Below, piece after piece: positions 1 through 8,092 of a stretch of DNA of 64,000 bases. Under the pieces are notes generated by a model that was not told the DNA's origin, did not search any database, and worked only from the letters and a program-made list of their open reading frames with translations. The first letter of the stretch is position 1; every line of letters begins with the position of its first letter. The stretch covers positions 1-64,000 of IMG/VR virus record IMGVR_UViG_3300009826_000001; one strand, written 5' to 3'. Position numbers and translations under genes: made by a program. The DNA comes from a virus. Taxonomy: Duplodnaviria; Heunggongvirae; Uroviricota; Caudoviricetes.

Positions 1-87
1 CCCACGGTGAGGAGCCGGTAACCAACGCGGTGATTGGCAGGGGCAAACTCCGCTGCTCGCGCGGGTTCAAGCTCTACCCTTAGAGCT

Positions 88-276
88 ATGCCGTGGCACA
101 TTGACAAGAAATCCGATCGCTGCCCCGCCAGTAAGCCGTTCGCGGTGATCGGGGGCCGCGACGACGACCACCTGGCCGGTTGTCATGCCACCTGGGACGA
201 GGCCGTGGACCAGCTGCGCGCGCTGTACGCCAACGACGCGAAGTCGATGTACACCACCCCACCCACCCTCGGATGA
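88..276 (+). CDS. hypothetical small protein (62 aa from ATG at 88)
   Basis: ORF in track (34..276); internal ATG at 88; ends TGA overlapping next ATG (ATGA). Confidence 0.3.
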   Translation: MPWHIDKKSDRCPASKPFAVIGGRDDDHLAGCHATWDEAVDQLRALYANDAKSMYTTPPTLG

Positions 277-362
277 CGGTAGGTCTTGTCCAGGCGGCCT
301 GCATCGTGCTGCTGGTCATCATCATCACGTTCGGGCTACTCGTCTGGATCACCCGGGAGTAG
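273..362 (+). CDS. small hydrophobic peptide (29 aa, one TM helix)
   Basis: ATG 273 overlaps upstream stop (ATGA); translation MTVGLVQAACIVLLVIIITFGLLVWITRE. Confidence 0.25.
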   Translation: MTVGLVQAACIVLLVIIITFGLLVWITRE

Positions 363-567
363 CTTTCGCCTGGGCGAGCTCCATGTCCTGCATGACGTAG
401 ACCATCGCCCGCAGGCCGTCCTCGGCGCGCATCAGCCGCAGTCCACAGCGAAACATGGCGTCCTTGTAGGTCTCGGAGTCGGGCGCGTTACGCGCGGCGT
501 CGAGGTGCTCGACGGCAGCCTTCACGTCGTCGACCAGATGCGTGTAGTCGGTGTTCTGGATCATTTC
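349..567 (-). CDS. hypothetical protein (72 aa)
   Basis: C-terminal part of ORF 349..735; start at MIQNTDYTHLV preceded by AGGCAGGAA RBS-like. Confidence 0.5.
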   Translation of the reverse strand, partial: EMIQNTDYTHLVDDVKAAVEHLDAARNAPDSETYKDAMFRCGLRLMRAEDGLRAMVYVMQDMELAQAKATPG

Positions 568-574
568 CTGCCTT

Positions 575-1117
575 TCACCACAGTTGGAACTCCTCATCAG
601 CGGCCACCGCCGCCGGTGTCGTGCGGGCGGCCGACCGGAACAGCGGGTGCTGCCCAGAGCGCAGGTCTTGGTACCAGAGCTGCTTACGTCCCGACAGGTG
701 TGAGAGCACCGTGCGCGCCGCTCGAGGCCCGTCATGATGCCATCCCACCGGGTGTGACAGCCGTTCGTATTGCCAGCCGGAAGCTTTCAGTGACACGCCG
801 GGCTCGTCGGCCAGGATGTAGGTCTGGATGCGCGCGAAACCGAGCGCTTTAGCCGCCCGCGCCGCAGCGCCGTAAAGAAACGAACAGGCGTTGCGACCGC
901 CATCAGTGCAGCAGCGGGTGACTTCCACCCAGTCGTCCTGGTGCTGACCGCCGACTGGGCGCCCGACGACGATCACGCCGACCAACCGATCGGGTGCCAG
1001 CACGCCCAGGCTGAAGCGGTGGCCCTGGATCGGCTTGTGGTGGCGGTGATGCGCGGTGACGAATGCATTGGCCTCCGCCAGCTCGACGTGCACAAGCTCA
1101 AGAGACACTGCTGCCAT
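575..1117 (-). CDS. hypothetical protein (180 aa)
   Basis: ORF track; protein-like composition (HHRHHKPIQGH... GVIVVGRPV...). Confidence 0.5.
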   Translation of the reverse strand: MAAVSLELVHVELAEANAFVTAHHRHHKPIQGHRFSLGVLAPDRLVGVIVVGRPVGGQHQDDWVEVTRCCTDGGRNACSFLYGAAARAAKALGFARIQTYILADEPGVSLKASGWQYERLSHPVGWHHDGPRAARTVLSHLSGRKQLWYQDLRSGQHPLFRSAARTTPAAVAADEEFQLW

Positions 1118-1997
1118 CTCCGTGGTACGGACAGTTGGGGTCCCGGCCGTCCTCGTGGCCGCAGCACAGCTCGTGGCCGTGCTCGGGGTGCTCGTCGCGG
1201 TGACAGGTACAACCGTCTATGTACTGCGCCATGTGCTCCTCGCCTTCTGGGACCGCGCGGATGGTCAGCTGCGCGGCGTCCTGGTTGAACGAATAGCGGG
1301 CCGGGTTGTGGTCGAGGACATCTTCGGTGTTGATACCGACACCGAAGATGCGGTCGGCGATGCGGTCATCGACGCAGACCCGGCACGGACAGGGAGCGAA
1401 GTGGTCGGCCAGCATCATCGGCCGGTCATCGTCGAAGATCGCCGTGACTGTCCCGTCGCGGTCGGCTGCAAACTGGATACCCTCCTCGTCGACGTAGCCC
1501 AAATCGACGAAGCCAGGAGGGATGACATCGGCCGGCCCAGGCGGCAGGATGACGGCGTGCTCGGGCGGCTCGATGAGACACGGCGCGGTCGCGCCCGGGT
1601 TCGGGCAGTCCCAGCCCAGCGTCGCGTTGAGGGTGCGCGCGCTTCCGTTCGTGTCGACATACCACAGCCGCACGCTGGCGACGAGCTCGTTGTAAGCCCC
1701 CACCAGCCCGTTGATCATGTCCGTGATGGTCTGCCCCGGGGGTGGCATCGGGCCGATGAAGGTCGAGCCGTGACAGATGACCTTGCTGTCGTCGTCCTCG
1801 TAGCGATACGTCTCGTCCAGGACGCCGCTACAGCGCATCTGGACCATCCGGGCGGTGACGGGAAGGCCGTGCCAATCGTCGTCGCAGTGCGGGCAGCGGT
1901 GATACCGGTTGACACGGTAGTCGTCCACCGGCCCGCGCTTGAGGCTCTCGTCCACAAGCTCGTCGATCGCGGCCACGATGTCGTGGTCGCCGCTCAT
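1098..1997 (-). CDS. Cys/His-rich hypothetical protein (about 299 aa)
   Basis: ORF 1098..2078, likely start MSGDHD at 1997; C-terminal CTCHRDEHPEHGHELCCGH metal-binding-like cluster. Confidence 0.5.
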   Translation of the reverse strand: MSGDHDIVAAIDELVDESLKRGPVDDYRVNRYHRCPHCDDDWHGLPVTARMVQMRCSGVLDETYRYEDDDSKVICHGSTFIGPMPPPGQTITDMINGLVGAYNELVASVRLWYVDTNGSARTLNATLGWDCPNPGATAPCLIEPPEHAVILPPGPADVIPPGFVDLGYVDEEGIQFAADRDGTVTAIFDDDRPMMLADHFAPCPCRVCVDDRIADRIFGVGINTEDVLDHNPARYSFNQDAAQLTIRAVPEGEEHMAQYIDGCTCHRDEHPEHGHELCCGHEDGRDPNCPYHGDGSSVS

Positions 1998-2173
1998 TGC
2001 GCCGCCCACTCCTGGGGGATCACTGTGCTGAACACGAACGCGGCGTGGTTGCCGGGATGGCCGGTGAACTTGGCGCACCGCGCCTGCGGATTATCAGGAT
2101 GGGCCTGCCGGCACATGACACGTTCCTTCCAGACGCCGGTGGCCGGCCGGGAAAAATCGACGTACTCAGGCAT
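1994..2173 (-). CDS. small Cys/His protein (59 aa, not in ORF track)
   Basis: ATG at rc(2171-2173) preceded by GGAGAA SD; stop TGA overlaps downstream ATG (ATGA); MPEYVDFSRPATGVWKERVMCRQAHPDNPQARCAKFTGHPGNH... Confidence 0.4.
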   Translation of the reverse strand: MPEYVDFSRPATGVWKERVMCRQAHPDNPQARCAKFTGHPGNHAAFVFSTVIPQEWAAQ

Positions 2174-2182
2174 CGAGTTCTC

Positions 2183-2797
2183 CTATCGGTAGTAACCGCT
2201 GACACCAGGGCGCCCGAACTCGGGCGTATGCGGCAGCCGGGACCGTTCGCACAGCCCGGGTGGCCAGTTGCGGTCCACCGGGCGGTGCAGCGGCACCAGG
2301 TCGGGGTTGCCCACGGCCATGATGCCGCCCTCGTGCAGCAGCATGTGGTGGACGTAGTCGGGCTCCCAGCCGTCATCGTGTTTGTTGGGCCCGGTGGTCT
2401 TGTCCAGGTAGGCCGTGGTGGAGCGGTGCGCGACGATCAGCGGGATGCCGCCACCGGAGAGCAGCATCCCCAGCCCGCGTGAGCACCGCTCCTCGTACTC
2501 GAGCGCCGTCTCCTCGTCGGGGTTGAACGCGCGCAGGTCGAACATCCCGGGATAGTGGTGGTTGCTGACCCCGAGCCGATCGGCCACGATGTCGCCGGTC
2601 TGGCTGGCCCGGCACAGGTCGCTGGAGATCACATAGTCCGGCTTGGGGTACTTGGCGCTGATCGCGTCGATGAGGAAATCAGCGCCGGCTTCCGCGGATT
2701 GCCGGCCGAGCTCGTTCAGGCCGATCTGGCGCCAGCCTTCGGGACTGGGGCTGGCTGACGTTTCGCCGTGTCGCATCAGGTAGCCGAGCAGCTTCAC
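2183..2797 (-). CDS. histidine phosphatase (phosphoglycerate-mutase superfamily, branch 1)
   Basis: RHGET catalytic motif, LNELGRQSA, CRASQTGDIVA and LIVAHRSTTAYL motifs typical of RHG histidine phosphatases. Confidence 0.7.
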   Translation of the reverse strand: MKLLGYLMRHGETSASPSPEGWRQIGLNELGRQSAEAGADFLIDAISAKYPKPDYVISSDLCRASQTGDIVADRLGVSNHHYPGMFDLRAFNPDEETALEYEERCSRGLGMLLSGGGIPLIVAHRSTTAYLDKTTGPNKHDDGWEPDYVHHMLLHEGGIMAVGNPDLVPLHRPVDRNWPPGLCERSRLPHTPEFGRPGVSGYYR

Positions 2798-2806
2798 GGC
2801 GACAGA

Positions 2807-3064
2807 TTAGCAATTACTGTCGCCATCACCCGGGAGCCGCGCCCGCGTGATGACGAATCCAGCTTCGTCGAGCAGCTTGAGGATCTCTACGGCCATCTGC
2901 CAGTATGTTTTGTCGCCATCAACCATGCAGGAGTAGCCCCCGTCATGGAACCAGCCCTCGATGGTCTCGGTCGCCTCATCTCGCAGCTCCGCTTCCGCTG
3001 CTACCTGGGCCAGCACTTCGTGTATGGGACGGCCAGGCATGGGAGTGAACTCCTCTGGGGTCAC
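2807..3064 (-). CDS. hypothetical protein (85 aa); C-terminal module paralogous to 3061..3447
   Basis: ORF track; shared WQMAVEILKLLDEAGFVI C-terminus and about 85% DNA identity over about 45 nt. Confidence 0.5.
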   Translation of the reverse strand: MTPEEFTPMPGRPIHEVLAQVAAEAELRDEATETIEGWFHDGGYSCMVDGDKTYWQMAVEILKLLDEAGFVITRARLPGDGDSNC

Positions 3065-3447
3065 TGGGGTGGTTGATTCTTGCGCACAATAACGAACCCG
3101 GCTTCGTCGAGCAGCTGGAGAATTTCTGCGGCCATCTGCCAGCGGCGATCGTCCTTATCGGGATGCAGAATCTCGTGAGCCTGGCGCACGGTCAGGCCCG
3201 ACTCCACCACAGCCGCTCCCCGTTCTGTGAGGGTCAGCGCGGGTGATGAACTGTCGCTGCTGCCGTCTTTGCCGGAATTGAGCCCGATGGCCATCTTGTT
3301 GATCACGCTGGTGTCGGCAACACGTTGCTCGACGCTGAGCCCGGGGGAGGGGCCAACGGTCCACACCCACATGCCGTAGGAGTGGTTGTTCATCGTGAAC
3401 CCGACCTCGCGGCCATCATCGGTGTGCAGCGTTCCGACGATCCTCAT
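3061..3447 (-). CDS. hypothetical protein (128 aa)
   Basis: ORF track; ATGA overlap with upstream gene. Confidence 0.55.
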   Translation of the reverse strand: MRIVGTLHTDDGREVGFTMNNHSYGMWVWTVGPSPGLSVEQRVADTSVINKMAIGLNSGKDGSSDSSSPALTLTERGAAVVESGLTVRQAHEILHPDKDDRRWQMAAEILQLLDEAGFVIVRKNQPPQ

Positions 3448-3623
3448 GAAGCACCGCCCGGTGTCACAGGGTTGACGTAAGCACTCCTAGCGACCTCGAT
3501 TGCCTGCCTTATCTCGTCACTGACGGCACAAAAGGCTTCTTCCGGTTCCTCCACAGGGCGTCGTATCGGTGCCATCCCGAAGATGTCGCCAATACCTGCA
3601 ACGAAGCTCTGCCAGGCCATCAT
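3444..3623 (-). CDS. small protein ending YVNPVTPGGAS (59 aa)
   Basis: start MMAWQ overlaps stop of upstream gene (ATGA). Confidence 0.45.
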   Translation of the reverse strand: MMAWQSFVAGIGDIFGMAPIRRPVEEPEEAFCAVSDEIRQAIEVARSAYVNPVTPGGAS

Positions 3624-3886
3624 GAAGCAGCGCCCGGCGTCACGGGGTTGACGTACATCTCGATGCCGGCCTTGTCGAACGTGAGCAGCATCCCCACCCA
3701 CATCCGGACGCACTGGCCCTCCGTGGCCTCGGGAAAGACTTCCTTCACCAGCGCACGGATACGTTTGTTGAACTCCTCGATCGCGGCCAGCTTACGTTCC
3801 CGCATCAGCCGCGCATCGTCGGCGCGCATCCCGATGAACGCCTCCGGGTCCACGATGCGAATCCCGTCGCGCTCGTTATCCGGCAT
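3620..3886 (-). CDS. small protein ending YVNPVTPGAAS (88 aa)
   Basis: ORF track; same 36-nt 3' terminal sequence as neighbour. Confidence 0.5.
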   Translation of the reverse strand: MPDNERDGIRIVDPEAFIGMRADDARLMRERKLAAIEEFNKRIRALVKEVFPEATEGQCVRMWVGMLLTFDKAGIEMYVNPVTPGAAS

Positions 3887-4058
3887 TCAGTGTCTCCTCG
3901 ATTTCTTCGATAGCCCGGTTGATCTCCCCGATCTCCCGCAGCCTCCTATCCAGGGCTTCCTTGAGGTGCTCCACTTCTTCCTCCCGCCATTTGAGGTCGG
4001 CCTTCAGGTTGTCCAGGTTGGCGCGGAGGTACTTCTTCGCCGTGTCGTTAACGGTCAT
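3876..4058 (-). CDS. small coiled-coil protein (60 aa)
   Basis: MTVNDTAKKYLRANLDNLKADLKWREEEVEHLKEALDRRLREIGEINRAIEEIEETLNAG; ATGA coupling. Confidence 0.45.
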   Translation of the reverse strand: MTVNDTAKKYLRANLDNLKADLKWREEEVEHLKEALDRRLREIGEINRAIEEIEETLNAG

Positions 4059-4312
4059 GACTCGGTAACGCCGAAGGATCGGGTCGGATACGGCGGGGGT
4101 GTCAGGTCGAGGTCGGCGACCTTTTGCCCGTCGACCTCGACGCGGACATAGCCAGCGTCGTGCGGGATGAACTGGGCGATCCTGTCGTCTCCGATAAAGA
4201 TCGCGACGTGCTCGCCGTTGATGATCGCGTCCCACATGCGGTCATTCTGTTTGGTCAGCAGTCTTTGCAGCGCGATGGTGCTCCACACGCTGCGGTCGAT
4301 GTCGTCGCTCAT
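4055..4312 (-). CDS. hypothetical protein (85 aa)
   Basis: start MSDDID; ATGA overlaps on both sides. Confidence 0.5.
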   Translation of the reverse strand: MSDDIDRSVWSTIALQRLLTKQNDRMWDAIINGEHVAIFIGDDRIAQFIPHDAGYVRVEVDGQKVADLDLTPPPYPTRSFGVTES

Positions 4313-5175
4313 GACTGCGGCATCGGGATGACGGGCAGGCCCGGTTGCGTGGAGTTGGGCCAGCACCCGATGGGGCTGCGGTCCTTGTGCGCGTCCAGGC
4401 ACTTGCTCACCAGCACGTTGGGGTCGTTGCTCACCGACTGGCGCAGCTTCTCGTTGGCCTTGGCATCGGCCTCGGCGGTCTTCTCGCGCTGCTCGGCCAC
4501 GCGGGTGTTGGCCTTCTCGATGTTCAGCGCGTTGATCCGGTCCTGAGTGTTGTTGTCGTAGGCCACCAGCGGCACGAACACTTTCTGAATCTCCACCCGG
4601 TCACCCACGGCGCGCTGCACGTCGGCCTGCACCCGCTCGGAGATCCCCACCAGCGGCGCGCCGTCGCTGGCGCCGGGAGCCAGCGGGTCGAACTTGGCGA
4701 ACTCGGTGTTGAGCGCCACGGCCAACTCCTTGTTGACCAGGTTGTCGCGGATGCCGTCGAAGTTGCGGTAGTCCAGGAACAGGCTCGGCGCGGCCTTGGG
4801 GTCCAGCCGCCACTGGATCGTCACGTTGGCCGTGGCCGTGGAGTTGTTGCCCAGGCGCACCACCATGCCGTGATCGGTGCCCTCGAACTTCTCGAGCTGC
4901 ACTGCGCCGTCCATGTTGGTGACGTTCTGCCACGGTGCGGTCCAGTGCAGGCCGTTGGACAGCTCCCCTTGTGGCCGGCCGAAGGTCGTGACGATGCCGA
5001 TGTCGCGGGTGGGCACGATGGTCGCAGTGGAGAACATCAGCAGTAGTCCCGCCAGGAGCGCGCAGCCGATGGCGGTGCCCCAGGCGGGCGCCCGCGCGCT
5101 GCGCACCGCGAGCCCGAAGATCACAGCGCCCAGCGCCACCAGAACCAACAGGCCGATCACAACGACGATGAACAA
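4309..5175 (-). CDS. SPFH/band-7 (stomatin/prohibitin/HflKC-like) membrane protein
   Basis: N-terminal TM helix, then VPTRDIGIVTTFGRP...LSNGLHWTAPWQNVTNMDGAVQ SPFH-like core and EKANTRVAEQREKTAEADAKANEKLRQ coiled coil. Confidence 0.65.
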   Translation of the reverse strand: MFIVVVIGLLVLVALGAVIFGLAVRSARAPAWGTAIGCALLAGLLLMFSTATIVPTRDIGIVTTFGRPQGELSNGLHWTAPWQNVTNMDGAVQLEKFEGTDHGMVVRLGNNSTATANVTIQWRLDPKAAPSLFLDYRNFDGIRDNLVNKELAVALNTEFAKFDPLAPGASDGAPLVGISERVQADVQRAVGDRVEIQKVFVPLVAYDNNTQDRINALNIEKANTRVAEQREKTAEADAKANEKLRQSVSNDPNVLVSKCLDAHKDRSPIGCWPNSTQPGLPVIPMPQS

Positions 5176-5189
5176 GGGGAGTCCTCTCT

Positions 5190-5414
5190 CTAGGTGGTGG
5201 TCACGCGGTACATCGACAGGAGAGCGTCGATACCTTCGGGCCCATCGGCCTCGAAGAATTGGGGGGCGGCATGGGCGTCCGGGCCGCGCACGACGAGCCA
5301 GTCCCAGCCCACCGCCTCGATCCGCACATAATCGTTGCCCAGCATGAACGCGCCGCCACAGTAGCCGTCGAGCAGTTCTCCGACCTGCGGCGGCTTGGGG
5401 AAGATGTCAGGCAC
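5190..5414 (-). CDS. hypothetical protein (74 aa, GTG start)
   Basis: ORF track. Confidence 0.45.
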   Translation of the reverse strand: MPDIFPKPPQVGELLDGYCGGAFMLGNDYVRIEAVGWDWLVVRGPDAHAAPQFFEADGPEGIDALLSMYRVTTT

Positions 5415-5607
5415 GGCGCTGCACCACCTTGGCCACCAGCTCCGGTGAGCAGCCGATCTGGCGCGCGAGGCTGACGTAGCTGCCGCAGCCCTCGGCGTAG
5501 GCGCGAGCGATCAACTCGTCACGCTGGCGGCGGCACTGGTCGCTCTGGCCCGAGAACTCCAGGATTCGTCTGTGAAGTTCCCGGGCCTGAGCGACCAACG
5601 CATCCAT
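5407..5607 (-). CDS. small HTH DNA-binding protein
   Basis: GSYVSLARQIGCSPELVAKVVQRR helix-turn-helix-like segment. Confidence 0.5.
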   Translation of the reverse strand: MDALVAQARELHRRILEFSGQSDQCRRQRDELIARAYAEGCGSYVSLARQIGCSPELVAKVVQRRA

Positions 5608-5865
5608 TCACCGCACCATCTTGTCGGTCGGGTAGACCGCACCGCAGACGAGGCAGGTCTTGCGGTTCTGGGAATCGCGCAGCCGCCGCGTCTTCTCCTC
5701 GTGCGCGTGATAACGCACAATGCCGCCGGTGATGATGACGGCCAGCAGGAGCACGGCACACAGCGCGAAGCCCCAGCCCACCACCCAGGAGGGAATGCCC
5801 GCGACCATCGGCACAGTCTCAGGACAGTCGGGCACATCCACGGTGATCTGCCGCAGCGGGATCAT
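5608..5865 (-). CDS. small membrane protein (85 aa)
   Basis: hydrophobic segment VVGWGFALCAVLLLAVIITGGIV. Confidence 0.45.
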   Translation of the reverse strand: MIPLRQITVDVPDCPETVPMVAGIPSWVVGWGFALCAVLLLAVIITGGIVRYHAHEEKTRRLRDSQNRKTCLVCGAVYPTDKMVR

Positions 5866-6059
5866 GGCCCCATCAGCTCGCTGATCGCTTGCTCGGTGGG
5901 GCTAATGGTCTGGCGCATCTGCTCGATGACCTGCGCACGCATGTCGATGGCCTGGACCAAGCGTCGTGCGGCGTCGATCACTGCGGCCGACGAAGCCGGT
6001 CGCGGCCAGTGAGCGTGCGCCTCCAGTGCTTCGCGCAGCTCGTCGAGCGGTGAGCCCAT
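5862..6059 (-). CDS. hypothetical protein (65 aa)
   Basis: start MGSPLDEL overlaps rsr stop (TGATG). Confidence 0.4.
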   Translation of the reverse strand: MGSPLDELREALEAHAHWPRPASSAAVIDAARRLVQAIDMRAQVIEQMRQTISPTEQAISELMGP

Positions 6060-7771
6060 CAGATGAGGCCGGCCGAGAACTGGCTGATCACCTGCGGAAC
6101 ATTGCTGTCGAACCCAGAGATGTCGATGCTGCCCGCATCCTTCGGGTCGGCGATCGACGTCCCGTTGGCGGTCATGGCCACCACGCCGTAGCGCGTGGGC
6201 CCGTAGCGGTCCCGGTAGGTCTTGAGCGCCTGGTGCGGGTGGATGCTGCCGTACCAGGTTTCCCCGTCCGTGAGCGTCCAGATGGCGTCGAAGTTCAGGT
6301 TCTCCTTCGCCGCCCACTGCATGGGCAACGAGCAGTCCGTCGCGCCGAAGCTCAGGCCGGCCATGTAGCGGCACACGTCGTCGAGGCGACGGCGCGGAGT
6401 GATGTCCAGCCGGGTGGCCGCCGAATTGCGACGCGTGTAGGCGCCGTAACCGCCGCGCTGACCGTCCGAGAACCCGATGATCTCAGCGTCCTTCTCGACG
6501 TTGAGCGTCACCAGCGCGAGCGCGGCCACTGCCTCGCGGCAGGAGATCGGCAGCCCCGACACCGCGCCCCCCATTGAACCCGACACATCGCAGGCCAAGA
6601 GCACCTTCTTGCCGCACGGCTCGACCGCTCCGTAGGCCGCGTAGAACGCGGCGTCCAGCGCGTCGGTCATCTTGGGCGTGGGCGTCCAGGTGGACTCCCC
6701 ACGCGCGGAGCGGCCACTGGCGTAGGTGCGCTGGGCCACCAGCACGTTGATCGGATGCACCCGGCCGCGCTTGAGCCGCTCGGCGTCCTGCAAGTCGCGG
6801 GCGATCACGTTGCCGTAAGCGGAGGTGGTCAGGCCCAGCCGGGTCAGGCGCGGGAGCTGGCGCATGAGCGCGGTGATCGGCATCCCGCCTTCGGCATCCA
6901 GCAGCGCCTCCCACACGCTCGGCTCAACCAGCGCGGCATCGGGCAGCATCTCCCAGGACAACGAGGGATTGTCAGTGATGATCCGAATCCACTGGCTTGC
7001 GCTGGTCGCGGCCTGCGCCTCGATGAACGCGTTGACCAACGCGGGAAGCGCGCGCGGGGTTGCACTCGCGGTGAGCGGAGAGCCCCACGCGTACCCGTTA
7101 CGGTGCCTGTCGGTGATGGCGTTGACGCGCTCGCTGTCGCGTCCGGCCATCGTGTCCACGATGTAGCTGTAGAGCGCATCGCGTGACGCGTCATTGGGGC
7201 ACGGGTGGCTCAGCGCGAGCAGGTCGGCGTGGCGCCAGCCCTCCCGCTGGCGGTACTTGAGCACCTGGTAGGCGAGCTTCTCGGCGTCCTTGGCGTTGTA
7301 CCAGTCAGCCACGGCGCGCTTAAGCGCGCGGCCCCAGCCGCGGAAGTTCTGCACATATCCGGCGAACAGGTACAGGTGACTGGCGGTGCGGCACACGGCG
7401 GGAAGCTTGGAGAGCGCGTAGGCGCGATCGTCTGCGCGCTGCGCCAACGACGCGGCGACAGCCAGCGCGAAGATCGCCGGGTTCTGCCGGGGTGCGCGGC
7501 CCTGTGTGGAGATTTCGGTGAGGGCATCGACGAGCAGGATCGGGCTGGTCTGCGCAAGCTCGACGACGACCTGGGCGTTCTCGCGGGTGAGCTCCGGCTC
7601 GCGCGTGTAGTACGTTCCGCCCTCGGTGCCCAGCGTCAGGAACCGGCGCAGCCGGGTGAACTGGTCGGTGCCGAACACGAAGCCGCCGGCGGCGTTTTTG
7701 ACGGTCGCATCGCCGGCGGGCTGGTTCTGCGGGGTGGCCCGCGTGGAGATCGCGGACAGGGCATCGGCCAT
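6059..7771 (-). CDS. rsr: Ro60 orthologue (TROVE domain + vWA/MIDAS domain), Rsr-like RNA-binding protein
   Basis: RLRRFLTLGTEGGTYY and RQNPAIFALAVA match the Ro60 TROVE signature; C-terminal vWA with LLACDVSGSM MIDAS (DxSxS). Confidence 0.9.
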   Translation of the reverse strand: MADALSAISTRATPQNQPAGDATVKNAAGGFVFGTDQFTRLRRFLTLGTEGGTYYTREPELTRENAQVVVELAQTSPILLVDALTEISTQGRAPRQNPAIFALAVAASLAQRADDRAYALSKLPAVCRTASHLYLFAGYVQNFRGWGRALKRAVADWYNAKDAEKLAYQVLKYRQREGWRHADLLALSHPCPNDASRDALYSYIVDTMAGRDSERVNAITDRHRNGYAWGSPLTASATPRALPALVNAFIEAQAATSASQWIRIITDNPSLSWEMLPDAALVEPSVWEALLDAEGGMPITALMRQLPRLTRLGLTTSAYGNVIARDLQDAERLKRGRVHPINVLVAQRTYASGRSARGESTWTPTPKMTDALDAAFYAAYGAVEPCGKKVLLACDVSGSMGGAVSGLPISCREAVAALALVTLNVEKDAEIIGFSDGQRGGYGAYTRRNSAATRLDITPRRRLDDVCRYMAGLSFGATDCSLPMQWAAKENLNFDAIWTLTDGETWYGSIHPHQALKTYRDRYGPTRYGVVAMTANGTSIADPKDAGSIDISGFDSNVPQVISQFSAGLI

Positions 7772-7791
7772 AGTGATTCCTCTCTGGTTGG

Positions 7792-7866
7792 GGCATGAAC
7801 GAAGTAGGTGTGACCGGATGATTTCTCATTGCAAGGGAGGTAACCGATCACAATCCGGCTCATGCC
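7792..7866 (-). ncRNA. structured RNA-like repeat unit 1 (75 nt; Y-RNA-like/tRNA-mimic candidate)
   Basis: 7-bp terminal stem GGCATGA/TCATGCC; conserved internal motif GAACGAAGTAGGTGTGACCGG; inner GCCGGA/TCCGGC stem; D-loop-like GATCGGTTA on minus strand; strand uncertain. Confidence 0.4.
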
Positions 7867-7876
7867 AGGGGTTGAG

Positions 7877-7948
7877 GGCGTGAACGAAGTAAATGCCGAC
7901 TGGGATTATCTTCCTGAAAGGTAACCAACCGGACTAGCGGCTCACGCC
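7877..7948 (-). ncRNA. structured RNA-like repeat unit 2 (72 nt)
   Basis: terminal stem GGCGTGA/TCACGCC; ACGAAGT motif; inner GCCG/CGGC stem; D-loop-like GGTTGGTTA. Confidence 0.4.
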
Positions 7949-7957
7949 AACATCTTG

Positions 7958-8082
7958 CGCCGCGAACGAAGTGGGTGTGACCGGCGTTTACCTGCTCTGC
8001 CAGTTGAGCTTCGAGACTGCCCCAGCAGTCCCGGTCGGATTCGAACCAACAACACTGATAACCGATTACGTCCGGCTCGCGA
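7958..8082 (-). ncRNA. structured RNA-like repeat unit 3 (125 nt) with tRNA T-arm mimic
   Basis: terminal stem GCCGCGA/TCGCGAC (1 mismatch); GAACGAAGTGGGTGTGACCGG motif; minus-strand GTTGGTTCGAATCCGAC T-arm-like element (8030-8050) and GACTGC-TGGG-GCAGTC hairpin. Confidence 0.45.
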
Positions 8083-8092
8083 CAACATCTGC

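Noticed and set aside
1056-2192. Plus-strand ORF 378 aa in left arm; also 15881..16366 N-terminal extension of terminase ORF
   Set aside because: It overlaps minus-strand genes that have coupled starts and recognisable domains. The terminase N-terminal extension reads through the cupin gene in another frame ([14 protein letters not shown]... junk), so the true start is at 16367.
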